Assembly: GCA_002708885.1 (NCBI GenBank)
Contig: PAPL01000002.1
Span: forward strand, 50,697 to 88,775
Reading direction: 5' to 3'
From: Verrucomicrobiales bacterium
GTDB lineage: Bacteria > Verrucomicrobiota > Verrucomicrobiia > Verrucomicrobiales > DEV007
Length of the DNA: 38,079 bases
The stretch's first letter is position 1, and each line of letters starts with the position of its first letter. A program made the translations under genes and the position numbers. This document shows, piece after piece, positions 8,758 to 18,295 of this stretch. Below the pieces are notes generated by a model. That model searched no databases. It saw only the letters and a program-made list of their open reading frames with translations, and was not told the DNA's origin.

Positions 8758-9054
8758 TCATTCAGTCGATGCTGATTCTACTGTAGCCTGTTCTGCGACA
8801 GCGACAGTTTCTTCAGCGGATGGTTCTTCTTCTTTAGTTGTATTGCCGCGTCTGAATACTTGAAGGTTTGCTCTGAACCGCATGCGTGATTTTTTTGCCG
8901 CTGTGCGTTGTTTGCGCCGGTAGCGCTGAAATGGAGTTTCAAAGGCACGAAGGCGGCGCATTTCATCCATGATTCCTTCGGCTTCAAGCTTATTCTTTAA
9001 ACGTTTGAGAGCTCGGTCCACAGATTCACCTTTATTAACTTCTACTTCTGGCAT
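8758..9054 (-). CDS. rpsU: 30S ribosomal protein S21 with an acidic C-terminal extension
   Basis: It has ESVDRALKRLKNKLEAEGI...RRKQRTAAKK, the S21 signature. The last ~30 aa (TTKEEEPSAEETVAVAEQATVESASTE) go beyond the usual S21 length. Confidence 0.9.
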   Translation of the reverse strand: MPEVEVNKGESVDRALKRLKNKLEAEGIMDEMRRLRAFETPFQRYRRKQRTAAKKSRMRFRANLQVFRRGNTTKEEEPSAEETVAVAEQATVESASTE

Positions 9055-9083
9055 ATGTATTTTGTTGATTAATATATCGTGCT

Positions 9084-9112
9084 ATTTTAGGGGGGCTGAA
9101 TTTAGCGGTTAA
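9084..9112 (-). promoter_or_regulatory. Candidate rpsU promoter (TTAACC-17 nt-TAAAAT on the minus strand)
   Basis: Read directly in the 81-bp secDF-rpsU spacer. The match is by eye only. Confidence 0.25.
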
Positions 9113-9135
9113 GTGGCGATCAGTCAAGCGTGCTT

Positions 9136-11529
9136 CTAGGGTGTTGTTGCGGCTGAACTAATATCATCCTGATCTGCATCCAATATTTCACGTCGCAGAT
9201 TAACTTTTTTCTTCTTTGCCCACCAATAAACGATCGGGGAAGCTACAAATATTGAGGAATAGGTGCCTACTAGAACTCCTACAATGATGGCAAAAGAAAA
9301 GTCATTCAGTGCTGGTCCCCCAAAAAGTAATAAGCAGACGACGGTAATGAGGGTGGTCAAACTGGTAAGGATAGTTCGCGACAGAGTAGCGTTAATGGCT
9401 GCATTCATGATGTCCTTAACATTTCCTCTCTGACTTCGAAGGCCCTCTCTTATACGGTCAAAGACTACTATTGTATCATTAATGGAATAACCGGCAATAG
9501 TCAGGAAGGCTCCGACCAGTATTAGATTGAGTTCTTTTCCAACTAGGACCGTGATTCCTATTACAATAAATAAGTCATGAATGAGGGCAGCGATAGCGCC
9601 GATTGCGAATGAAAATTCAAAACGGAAAGTCACATAAATAAAAATGACTCCGAGCCCGGCAATGAGAGCGTAAATAGATCTTGTTGCCATTTCGCCGGCA
9701 ACAACAGAACCGATTTGCTGGCTCTGGATTTGACCTTCGGCCAGGCCTGCCGTTGCAAGGGCTTGTTTTACTTTTTCACCGGACTTGGGCTCAACACGAA
9801 CAGAGAAAATTGTACTCTCACCACCTATTGGAGTCAGTTCTTGAATCTGTGGTTTCTTCGTTTCTTCGAGAGTCTTTTGTATGACTTCACTGATAGACTC
9901 CTTGGTCGTGTTTTCATTTGCGTTAAATCTTAGCTGATCTCCTCCCACAAATTCAATTCCAAGAGCCCCTTTTTGTTTTGCTCCTATTGTTACAACAGTT
10001 ATGGCAATAAGAGCAATTGAAATGAAACGGCTGAATTTAGTTAGCCCAAGAAAATTAATTTTTTTATTCGATAATACAGGAGTGAATTTAAGAGGCTTAT
10101 TGAGTTTCCTTGCCGCACTGAGCCAATTGAATGAAACTCGAGTCACTAGGAGCGCAGAAAATAGTGAGACTATAATTCCGATTGTCAGTGTCACTGCGAA
10201 TCCTTGAATCGCGCCTTCTGCTAACCACAAAAGAACTAGGGCTGTAATGAGCGTGGTAATCTGAGCATCGAAGATTGCGGAGAAGGCCTTTTCGTAAGCT
10301 GTTTGAATTGCATTTCCAATACTCTTTCCCGCAGCCATTTCTTCTCTTAGCCTTTCATAAATGAGTACGTTTGCATCTATAGCAATACCTATTGTAAGGA
10401 TAACTCCCGCTATTCCTGCGAGGGTGAAATCGGCTTGGAAAATGGCAAGAATCCCAAAGAGTAGAATGATATTAATAGTCAGACCTATGAGGGCGATTAG
10501 CCCTGCATAGCGATAGAAAATTATCATGAATAATGCGGTCAGGAAAAGTCCCCACATGCCTGCCCGGATTCCTTGATTGATCGCTTCTTTGGCAAGTGTT
10601 GGAGGGAATGACTCCTCATATAGAATTTCCGGTTTTACACCTAAGGGGTTACGCATGGAAACTGATAATGTATTGGCCTCTTGCTCAGTGAAGTTTCCGG
10701 TTATTTGACAATTTCCGCTGGGAATGTGTCCATTAAATACAGCAGCTGAAATAATTTTTCCATCAAGGAGTATGGCCATTTGCGTGACTCCGTCACCTGC
10801 GTACTTCTTACTCACTTCTGAAAGCGTCTTTGCCCCATCTCCAACAAAAGTAATGTTTATTTTCCAACTTCCCGATTCATTGAAGGCATATGCGTTAGTG
10901 ACATCTTTTCCTTCGATCATGACCTCATCTTTAAGTAACAGCTTTTCCGGTTCCTGAGTGTCTCCTTCGTCCCGCTTGTCATATTCTGCTATTTTTGAGA
11001 ATGGAACGACATCTTCTCCACTTTCAATTCTAGCAATCGTTGCTGGATTATTTTGTTCATGAGTGAGATAGAGCTCAAGGATAGCGGATTTTTGAAGTTG
11101 AGCTCGGATCTGTTTAATTGTGTCCTCATTAATGATCTGAGCTTCTTTGTCACCGGTATCGCCATCACGATGTGGAATGTCAACGACGAGTCGATCATCA
11201 CCTTCCGCTGCAATGTTCACATCACTGACCGTGCCAGTTAGTCTTCTTTGTAAAACATTTTGAGCTTCTTCCTGATCTTTTTTACTTATTTCCTCTTCTG
11301 CTTCGGCTCTTGGATTGAGCTGGAGAGTGAAACGAACACCTCCGGCAAGGTCCATTCCGCGTTTAATTTTCTCTTTGGGTGGAATCAGGGAATATGCGCA
11401 GAAGCTTGCCAATCCTAATGCTAGGATTGTTCCGATGATCCTTTGGCGAAAGTCAGAGTCAGTCCCGAAGTACCAAATGAAGAGGGCAAATAAGGACAGT
11501 GCGATTAGAAAAGCGACAATTGGTTCCAT
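9136..11529 (-). CDS. secDF: Fused protein translocase subunit SecDF
   Basis: 797 aa. It has an N-terminal TM plus a large periplasmic domain, then two 6-TM RND-like blocks (GIAGVILTIGIAIDANVLIYERLREE for SecD; IAGYSINDTIVVFDRIRE for SecF). Confidence 0.92.
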   Translation of the reverse strand: MEPIVAFLIALSLFALFIWYFGTDSDFRQRIIGTILALGLASFCAYSLIPPKEKIKRGMDLAGGVRFTLQLNPRAEAEEEISKKDQEEAQNVLQRRLTGTVSDVNIAAEGDDRLVVDIPHRDGDTGDKEAQIINEDTIKQIRAQLQKSAILELYLTHEQNNPATIARIESGEDVVPFSKIAEYDKRDEGDTQEPEKLLLKDEVMIEGKDVTNAYAFNESGSWKINITFVGDGAKTLSEVSKKYAGDGVTQMAILLDGKIISAAVFNGHIPSGNCQITGNFTEQEANTLSVSMRNPLGVKPEILYEESFPPTLAKEAINQGIRAGMWGLFLTALFMIIFYRYAGLIALIGLTINIILLFGILAIFQADFTLAGIAGVILTIGIAIDANVLIYERLREEMAAGKSIGNAIQTAYEKAFSAIFDAQITTLITALVLLWLAEGAIQGFAVTLTIGIIVSLFSALLVTRVSFNWLSAARKLNKPLKFTPVLSNKKINFLGLTKFSRFISIALIAITVVTIGAKQKGALGIEFVGGDQLRFNANENTTKESISEVIQKTLEETKKPQIQELTPIGGESTIFSVRVEPKSGEKVKQALATAGLAEGQIQSQQIGSVVAGEMATRSIYALIAGLGVIFIYVTFRFEFSFAIGAIAALIHDLFIVIGITVLVGKELNLILVGAFLTIAGYSINDTIVVFDRIREGLRSQRGNVKDIMNAAINATLSRTILTSLTTLITVVCLLLFGGPALNDFSFAIIVGVLVGTYSSIFVASPIVYWWAKKKKVNLRREILDADQDDISSAATTP

Positions 11530-11791
11530 GAGGTTGTGATGAATTATATAACTGCTGAAAAACAGGGGCGGGAAATCTACAGGTTTTTAGTAGAAAAACA
11601 ACCTTACTCTGGTGACCTGAGTTTTAATTGAGCATTGCTTAAGTATGAGCTGTTTTTTGGTAAAACCTAAGGAAATAAAGGGTATTTAGGATGTAATTTC
11701 GGTCATTTTAATTATTAACGGTCCAAAATTGTTAAAATTTGGTGAATAAAATTTTATCAAATGGTACCGATGCGAACCCTTTGGATGATAT

Positions 11792-12643
11792 TTATTTGAG
11801 TGTGGCTGAGCTCCATCCTTGACCATTCTGTAAGACGCAGAAAGGTTGTTTTAAGCTTTCGCAAGCCTTTGTGAATTCATCGGGACTGGCCGTGTTGAAT
11901 TCAAACATGTCGAAATGATGAGGAATTGCAATTTTTGCATTAATTGCTTTTGATAATGTAGCTGCTTCAGTTCCATTAAGATTACCGGCTACGCGTCTCG
12001 ATGGATCGTTACCATTGATTGGAACTATTGCCACATCGATTGACCAGTTCAGTAATGAGTCTGTTAATTGGTCATGCCACAGAGTGTCGCCGGAGTGATA
12101 TACAGCCCAATTGCCGAATTGAACGATGAACCCCATATATATTGGATATCCCTCCTCGTCTCTTTCGACCTGATTATGAGCCGCTGCAATACCATTGATT
12201 GTGAAGTTGCCTATCTTTATGGATTCGTTTTCTTTTATTCCAATTAATTCGATTCCTGAATCTTTGCCTAGTCTTTCAGTAGCAAACTGGACGTTGGCTT
12301 TTGGAAGGATTAAACGAAGGCCTTGACTGGATTTATTGATGGCAAGGAGCGTTTGATCGTCCAAGTGATCGGTATGGTTATGGGAAGAGGTGGCGATGCT
12401 GACGAAATCGAGATCTTTTGGGTTTAATGTTTGTTCTGTGATTCGTATATGAGGTTTGTCAGTTAGTGAATATTTATCAGTTAGTGAATCGGATAAATAT
12501 GGATCCAATAAAATGTAATCTTGGCACCACTTTATTAGAAATCCACTTTGTCCCAGCCACCATAGATGAAATTTTTCAGATGATTCATCCGCGTTTTTTA
12601 TTTCAGATAATAGGTCCTGATTTTTTTTGTAAGCAGGCTTCAT
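11792..12643 (-). CDS. MBL-fold metallo-hydrolase (UlaG/COG2220-like)
   Basis: It has WWLGQSGFLI, ILLDPYLSD, the metal motif SSHNHTDHLD, and the later HSGDT and HHFDMF. Confidence 0.75.
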   Translation of the reverse strand: MKPAYKKNQDLLSEIKNADESSEKFHLWWLGQSGFLIKWCQDYILLDPYLSDSLTDKYSLTDKPHIRITEQTLNPKDLDFVSIATSSHNHTDHLDDQTLLAINKSSQGLRLILPKANVQFATERLGKDSGIELIGIKENESIKIGNFTINGIAAAHNQVERDEEGYPIYMGFIVQFGNWAVYHSGDTLWHDQLTDSLLNWSIDVAIVPINGNDPSRRVAGNLNGTEAATLSKAINAKIAIPHHFDMFEFNTASPDEFTKACESLKQPFCVLQNGQGWSSATLK

Positions 12644-12649
12644 TTTTTA

Positions 12650-13678
12650 CTAAAGGCTGTCCCTGACAATTTTGGCAGCAGAGCACATGTTCTGTAACTT
12701 TTGTTTGGCTGCCCACCGTGCGGTCTGGCTTAACCCGCAGTCAGGAGCCAAAACAAGTTTTTCTGGATCAGCAAAATTCAGGCATTCCTGGATTTTAGAG
12801 ACAAGAAAATCAACGGGTTCAATGAAATAACTTTTAACATCAATGATTCCTACTGCCACGTCCATGATTTCTGCGACTTGCGCAATGCATTTAAGCTCAG
12901 CGTATTCTCTATTTGCCATTTCAAGATGCATCTCATCAACTTTAAGTTCCAAAAATGCAGGGAAAAGCGGTTCGTAGCGGCGGTAACCCACAGCGTGCCC
13001 TTTATAGTTGCCGAAGCAAAGATGAGTGCAGAGCCTGGTCTTACCGAAAATTGTTTCAGTTGTACGGTTAAATATGGTAACAAAATTTTCCGTGTTTTCT
13101 TTATACCCGTAACAACTCATAGAAGGCTCATCGACACAGATTTCTTGGCATCCGGCAGCGACCAGATCCTCAAGCTCTTTTCGAATGATAGGAAGTAAAG
13201 CTTCTGTGATTGCATAGCGGTCAGTGTAATCATTGTTAGGCAGTAATCGGCCGCTCATTGTAAAGGGGCCGGGCACGCTGACCTTGAGTGATGGGCCTTC
13301 AGGAGCAATTTTTTTCAGTCTTTCAAATTCAGCTACTGCGCCGAGTCCGTTATCTGCTCTGAGCTCTCCTACTATTTGATGCTTTCCTCTTTGGTCGTGG
13401 GCTGGAGGTCCAAAGAGCCTAGGAGATTTTTGCTCCAAAGCGATTCCGTCCAAGTGCCCATAAAATGAAAGATTAAAATCTAAGCGGGTCTGTTCCCCGT
13501 CAGTGATGACATCAAGCCCGGCATCGAGTTGATCAGCAATTGCACATGTGGTCGCATCATTCTTAATTTCATCAATATCATTAGCGCCGAATTCATTTAG
13601 GTTGCTTCCAACGAAATGTAGCCAACTTGGGAATGGATAGCTGCCAATGACCGTTGTGCGTAATGGTTGATCTTTCAT
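12650..13678 (-). CDS. Single-domain (core) MetE-family methyltransferase, cobalamin-independent methionine synthase-like
   Basis: 342 aa. It has TTVIGSYPFP, ITDGEQTRLDF, and a Zn-ligand pattern of H-x-C (THLCFGNY), E (HLEMANRE) and C (APDCGLSQT). It is only one barrel long, against about 750 aa for canonical MetE. Confidence 0.8.
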   Translation of the reverse strand: MKDQPLRTTVIGSYPFPSWLHFVGSNLNEFGANDIDEIKNDATTCAIADQLDAGLDVITDGEQTRLDFNLSFYGHLDGIALEQKSPRLFGPPAHDQRGKHQIVGELRADNGLGAVAEFERLKKIAPEGPSLKVSVPGPFTMSGRLLPNNDYTDRYAITEALLPIIRKELEDLVAAGCQEICVDEPSMSCYGYKENTENFVTIFNRTTETIFGKTRLCTHLCFGNYKGHAVGYRRYEPLFPAFLELKVDEMHLEMANREYAELKCIAQVAEIMDVAVGIIDVKSYFIEPVDFLVSKIQECLNFADPEKLVLAPDCGLSQTARWAAKQKLQNMCSAAKIVRDSL

Positions 13679-13752
13679 GAGGCAAGAAAGATCAACCTAA
13701 CATCAGCAAGCCGCAATCTGGAATTCTGCGGTCAGTGGCTTGGATTCCTTAA

Positions 13753-13959
13753 TTATTTAGATAATCTTCTACCTGACGGTTTTTGTAAGTCATAATTGTC
13801 AGATGAAAGAACTTTTTTAGCCAATTCTAGGTATCCTTTGTCCTGAGCAGTAAGGCTCAATTGGTCATATTGCATGAAGGCATCATTGATTCTTTTTCTC
13901 CGCAGACGGCTGCGCAGAGTAGGACTAGCCAGTAAAATACCTATTTTCATTCCGTTCAT
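13753..13959 (-). CDS. Hypothetical small basic protein (68 aa), doubtful
   Basis: This is the only ORF in a 596-bp gap. It is on the same strand as, and 74 bp upstream of, the MetE-like gene. I recognise no motif, and it may be non-coding leader sequence. Confidence 0.25.
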   Translation of the reverse strand: MNGMKIGILLASPTLRSRLRRKRINDAFMQYDQLSLTAQDKGYLELAKKVLSSDNYDLQKPSGRRLSK

Positions 13960-13997
13960 TATTTGCTTAACCTATCTTATCGTCAAGGGTTTCTTAA

Positions 13998-14017
13998 TAT
14001 TTAATATATATTAAATA
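13998..14017. promoter_or_regulatory. Perfect 20-bp A/T palindrome, TATTTAATATATATTAAATA, in a divergent promoter region
   Basis: I verified it base by base. It lies between the 68-aa ORF/MetE-like unit (-) and leuCD (+). Because it is A/T only, it could be an operator or just low-complexity sequence. Confidence 0.35.
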
Positions 14018-14092
14018 AATTTTTCAATGCTATGAAATAATCAGATATATACGTATTTTTACACTAGAATTTCTTAGCGATTTGAGAATTTG

Positions 14093-14128
14093 ATGTTTCG
14101 AATCTCTTTAATAATCGTGTGCATGTGA
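14093..14128 (+). other. Candidate leader mini-ORF, MFRISLIIVCM*, upstream of leuCD
   Basis: It has 11 codons, 5 of them Ile/Leu/Val. It lies 150 bp upstream of leuC, inside a 315-bp leader. This is speculative. Confidence 0.2.
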
Positions 14129-14241
14129 AGTTTGCATCGTTATTTACGTAGTTGGTCTGGTAGTTTTTTAAGTAATGAGAACATGGCAACTTTTCCAGAT
14201 AACTGTGATCATCGGTTGAATCTCATCAGTAATTGGGTTAA

Positions 14242-14264
14242 GCCTCATACGCTTTTTTTGAGGC
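14242..14264 (+). promoter_or_regulatory. Hairpin GCCTC-N13-GAGGC enclosing a T7 tract just upstream of the leuC start
   Basis: It has a 5-bp stem. The 3' arm contains the only SD-like GAGG, 14 nt before the ATG at 14278. It might sequester the RBS or form part of an attenuator. Confidence 0.2.
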
Positions 14265-14277
14265 AAAATAAATATTG

Positions 14278-15696
14278 ATGGCCAAGAACCTTTTCCAGAA
14301 AGTTTGGGACGCTCATGCTGTGCGTGTTTTAGCGAATGGGCAGACTCAACTGCTCATTGGGACTCATTTGATACATGAAGTAACTTCTCCTCAGGCCTTT
14401 GGCATGCTCAGGGATCTTGGGATTAAGGTTAAGTATCCTGAACGCACATTTGCAACTGTTGACCATATCGTTCCTACTGATCAACGCGAACAACCGTTTA
14501 GCGATCCGTTAGCTGATGCTATGATTAAAGAGTTAGCTAAGAATGCTGAAGAATTCGATATTACCTACTTTGATCTTTCGACTGGCAAGCAAGGAATAGT
14601 ACATGTGGTGGGTCCGGAGCAAGGAATTACCCAACCAGGAACGACCATCGCTTGCGGGGATTCGCACACTGCTACTCATGGGGCCTTCGGAGCAATTGCA
14701 TTTGGTATTGGGACCACTCAAGTAAGAGACGTTCTAGCAACTCAGACAATAGCTCTCGGAAAGCTTAAGGTGAGAAGAATTAATGTTGATGGGAATTTAC
14801 GCCCAGGCGTATATGCCAAAGATGTGGCTTTGCATATTATTGCGTTACTGGGTGCGAACGGAGGCATTGGTTATGCCTATGAATATGGAGGCTCATTATT
14901 TGATTCTTTTTCTATGGAAGAGCGTATGACTGTTTGTAATATGGCCATAGAGGGGGGTGCGCGTTGCGGATATGTTAATCCTGATCAGAAGACTTTTGAT
15001 TATTTAAAGGGCCGTCCTTATGCCCCTTCAGAAGATGAATGGGATTCAGCAGTAGATGAGTGGAAGAGTATAGCTTCTGATCCAGATTGTGAATATGATG
15101 ATATTGTTGATATCAGAGCGGAGGACATTGCCCCGACAGTCACTTGGGGAGTGAGCCCTGATCAAGGTTTTTCCATTGAGGGTAGGATTCCGGATCCGAT
15201 GGAACAAACCGACGAGAATGAGAGGCTTTCTATTCAGGAAGCAATTCAGTACATGAAACTCGAACCAGGCCAACCAATCAAAGGGACCAAAATTGATGTG
15301 GCTTTTTTAGGCAGTTGCACGAATGGGAGACTGTCGGATTTTCGTGAAGTTGCTAAGTATCTCAAAGGTCACAAGGTGTCCCCGGATGTTAAAGCGATTG
15401 CTGTTCCTGGCTCTCAGATTGTTGATGCCATTGCGAGGCAGGAGGGTTTAGATAAAATATTCAGTGATGCTGGATTTGAATGGCGGGCAGCGGGTTGTTC
15501 AATGTGCTTAGCCATGAATCCAGATAAGTTAGTTGGTGAGCAATTGTGCGCTAGCTCTTCCAACAGGAATTTCAAAGGGCGTCAAGGGAGCCCAACTGGC
15601 AGGACGATTTTAATGAGCCCTGTCATGGTCGCTGCTGCTGCGGTTTGTGGCAAAGTCAGTGATGCGCGCGAAGTTTTTCAATTTAATGAGGATTGA
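14278..15696 (+). CDS. leuC: 3-isopropylmalate dehydratase large subunit
   Basis: It has [18 protein letters not shown], and the Fe-S cluster cysteines in GSCTNGR and GCSMCLAMN. The track start at 14275 is TTG; the ATG is at 14278. Confidence 0.95.
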   Translation: MAKNLFQKVWDAHAVRVLANGQTQLLIGTHLIHEVTSPQAFGMLRDLGIKVKYPERTFATVDHIVPTDQREQPFSDPLADAMIKELAKNAEEFDITYFDLSTGKQGIVHVVGPEQGITQPGTTIACGDSHTATHGAFGAIAFGIGTTQVRDVLATQTIALGKLKVRRINVDGNLRPGVYAKDVALHIIALLGANGGIGYAYEYGGSLFDSFSMEERMTVCNMAIEGGARCGYVNPDQKTFDYLKGRPYAPSEDEWDSAVDEWKSIASDPDCEYDDIVDIRAEDIAPTVTWGVSPDQGFSIEGRIPDPMEQTDENERLSIQEAIQYMKLEPGQPIKGTKIDVAFLGSCTNGRLSDFREVAKYLKGHKVSPDVKAIAVPGSQIVDAIARQEGLDKIFSDAGFEWRAAGCSMCLAMNPDKLVGEQLCASSSNRNFKGRQGSPTGRTILMSPVMVAAAAVCGKVSDAREVFQFNED

Positions 15697-15714
15697 TTTA
15701 GGATCACAAATTTT

Positions 15715-16323
15715 ATGTCTTTAGAGAAAATAAGGGAAGTTAATGGTCGGTCAGTTTATGTTCCCGGGAATGATATTGATACGGATAGGATCATACCGGC
15801 AAGGTTCATGAAATGTGTAACATTCGACGGTTTGGGTGAATACTTATTTTATGATGTGAGGAAAGATTCGAACGGTAATGATAGGGATCATCCTCTTAAT
15901 GAATCAAGATTCTCGGGTTCATCAATTCTGATTTCCAATGCTAATTTTGGTTGTGGTTCATCCCGTGAACATGCGCCGCAGGCTTTATATAGATATGGAT
16001 TCAGAGCCGTGATAGCTGAAAGTTTTGCAGAGATATTTTTTGGTAATTGTTGTGCCCTTGGAATGCCTTGTGTAGTTGCAACTCAGGAAAATATAAAGTC
16101 TTTAGCTGAGCGAATTAATGATGTTCCGGAAACTCAAGTCACTGTAGATGTTATGAATTCTGAAGTTTGTGCAGGCGATTTAAAGTTCTCTGTTGAGATT
16201 CCTGAAGGGGCAAGAGAAGCCTTAACTAATGGGCGATGGGATCCTATTGCCGAATTACAAGAAGCTGAGGATTCAATTGATAATTTAGTAACTGAGTTAG
16301 GTTATCTTAGGCGGGGTCGATAG
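15715..16323 (+). CDS. leuD: 3-isopropylmalate dehydratase small subunit
   Basis: It has DIDTDRIIPARF and NFGCGSSREHAPQAL. It starts 18 bp after leuC. Confidence 0.95.
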   Translation: MSLEKIREVNGRSVYVPGNDIDTDRIIPARFMKCVTFDGLGEYLFYDVRKDSNGNDRDHPLNESRFSGSSILISNANFGCGSSREHAPQALYRYGFRAVIAESFAEIFFGNCCALGMPCVVATQENIKSLAERINDVPETQVTVDVMNSEVCAGDLKFSVEIPEGAREALTNGRWDPIAELQEAEDSIDNLVTELGYLRRGR

Positions 16324-18178
16324 CTCTAATTACTTCAAATTTAAAGAGAGGATCAAGGCCGGAAAATTCTCTGGACTTATGGAATTTTTCATTAGATTTA
16401 ATTAACGGGATCCCATCTTTGTGTTCTGGATGCTTACGGTTAATTTCAAGATAACCTAAAATAACAGTAAGCTTCTTTTGACTGTTTTTTGATTTGTTAA
16501 TTTCCAATAGGAGCTCTTCTTTGTTTTTAACGTAAGTGCAATTTGGGTAATAAAACTTCATCATTTTCCCTCCGAACCCATAACAAACAACATGCATTTC
16601 ATCACCCGTTTCAGCTCTTTGCTTAAGATGTTTTGCAACGTCCTTGTACGGTGCAAAGGGAAGAGTTTGCGTTTGGTTTCTGGGTTCACGGGCAATGTAC
16701 AAATAAAAGCAAATCCCGAGGAAACTGATTAAAAAATTCAATGAGTATTTTGATTTCACGGTATTTAGGATTCCTGAGAATCCGATGCCTAGGACAATGA
16801 CTGTAGGAGCTAGAGCGAGTGCTACAAAGTGGTGGTGGGTATAAGTATCTGCGGTCCAGTCAATTAAAATTGATACAAGCCCTAAAATGACAATCGTAAT
16901 CAATATTTTTGCTGCGCCTTTTCGGTTTATCCAAGTTCTGATAATGCCAAATGATAAACTGAAAAAAGTTGTCAATAGAATCAGAGAACAAATGATGGGA
17001 CTTTGTCCCAATTCATTTGCGACTGAGGGCGATTCGCTTCCAGATTGACTGATGTCCATGCCGAAAAATAAATGTCCGATCGAATTACCGAGGTTTGGCA
17101 GAATCGATGAGTGAGGATTCTCTATTGGTTCCCAGTGAAAGGTCTGCATGATGTTAGGCATGAAGAGTGGAAAGTACACCATGCAAGCCATGGCATTAGC
17201 GGCTACGAGTTTACTAATGGACGTTGAGCGAAAGGAAAAATTTATGTTTTGAGATAAAATTAATAAGATTCCGCATAGGGTAAATCCAATGGCGTAAAAT
17301 ATTCCTTCATGAATTGTCCATGCAAACATTAACTGGTTCGTTCCAAATAGGAGCCAATATCTCCACCGGTCTTTGTTGTCATTAATTGCATAGGTTAGCC
17401 ATAAAGAACCCAGTAAAACTAAAAAAATAATTATTCCTTCTGTGCCTAACGCGGTTCCATTTTTTATATGCCATGGATGCATTGCAAGGAACAGTGCGGA
17501 GCCTAGAGCTCCTATACTGAAGCCCCAGCGCTTGACTAATAAACCGATAACCAAAATAGAAGAAATGCTCAGAATGAAGTTTGGTGAACGTAGTGATAAT
17601 TCATGTATCTCGGATCCGTCTGGTTCAGTTTTTGTTTGCCAAATGCTTTGAGATATTTTTATTGCCGCGGCCAATGGAATGCATTTATTTTGCTCCTGAT
17701 ACATCCATAAAGTTTTTTCCCAATCCTCAGGTGAGTTTTCATGACTTGTGGTTCTAATTGAATTAATTTCCTCCCACCCCAAACCTCCTGTCACAAGATT
17801 CCACCTCAGGTGTCCTCCCAACAAAACAATTAGGGCAAGCAAGACCCAAAATACCGATGAGTGAATGTTTTCAATCTGAGGGTTATGGCTAAGAGTCAGG
17901 TCCTTATTGTGGTCAGTTTTCGCCCATTTTTTCCATGAGAAGATTAAAAGGATTCCAATGAATGTGCTGGATGCAAAACCATACCAAAGACCCCTAATTA
18001 GGTGATCGCTCAGGGAATATAGCTCATGGCTCTTATTATCTAATTCCCATGGTTTTTGCGAGAAGTAAAGAAAGGATATAGAGCATAGAGTTGCCAGTAG
18101 AATAATAAAGCGTATCAATTTGCCACGAGCGTACCAGAAGCTATTTTCTGGTCTGACAAAAATATTACGATTAGACAC
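16307..18178 (-). CDS. Large polytopic membrane protein, possibly a GT-C-fold (ArnT/PMT-like) glycosyltransferase
   Basis: 623 aa with a GTG start. It has about 13 hydrophobic segments, a long early loop (GGLGWEEINS...) and a ~110-aa soluble C-terminal domain. This architecture resembles GT-C enzymes, but I recognise no diagnostic motif. Its 3' end overlaps leuD by 17 bp, convergently. Confidence 0.4.
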   Translation of the reverse strand: MSNRNIFVRPENSFWYARGKLIRFIILLATLCSISFLYFSQKPWELDNKSHELYSLSDHLIRGLWYGFASSTFIGILLIFSWKKWAKTDHNKDLTLSHNPQIENIHSSVFWVLLALIVLLGGHLRWNLVTGGLGWEEINSIRTTSHENSPEDWEKTLWMYQEQNKCIPLAAAIKISQSIWQTKTEPDGSEIHELSLRSPNFILSISSILVIGLLVKRWGFSIGALGSALFLAMHPWHIKNGTALGTEGIIIFLVLLGSLWLTYAINDNKDRWRYWLLFGTNQLMFAWTIHEGIFYAIGFTLCGILLILSQNINFSFRSTSISKLVAANAMACMVYFPLFMPNIMQTFHWEPIENPHSSILPNLGNSIGHLFFGMDISQSGSESPSVANELGQSPIICSLILLTTFFSLSFGIIRTWINRKGAAKILITIVILGLVSILIDWTADTYTHHHFVALALAPTVIVLGIGFSGILNTVKSKYSLNFLISFLGICFYLYIAREPRNQTQTLPFAPYKDVAKHLKQRAETGDEMHVVCYGFGGKMMKFYYPNCTYVKNKEELLLEINKSKNSQKKLTVILGYLEINRKHPEHKDGIPLIKSNEKFHKSREFSGLDPLFKFEVIRAIDPA

Positions 18179-18295
18179 GATAGTGAAATTTGGCTCTTTG
18201 CTGTAAGTATTCCAATGCTTTCTTTAAAAGGTAAACTTGTAGTTAGTGGCAATATACACTTTAACTAGATTCCCTTTGGTTATGATTCCCTTAAA

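Noticed and set aside
11530-11791. The 262-bp spacer between the MBL-fold gene and secDF looked like a possible small RNA or riboswitch.
   Set aside because: It has only short 4-7 bp inverted repeats (for example AGGTTGT...ACAACCT, about 60 nt apart). I see no convincing stem-loop plus U-tract and no motif I recognise. It is probably just the secDF promoter and 5' UTR.
13679-13959. I considered a SAM or cobalamin riboswitch upstream of the MetE-like gene.
   Set aside because: Reading the minus strand, I could not find a B12-box-like element or the conserved SAM-I/SAM-II cores. There is only a short GC-rich palindrome (CTGCGCAG) and a 5-bp hairpin. A covariance-model scan would be needed for a formal exclusion.
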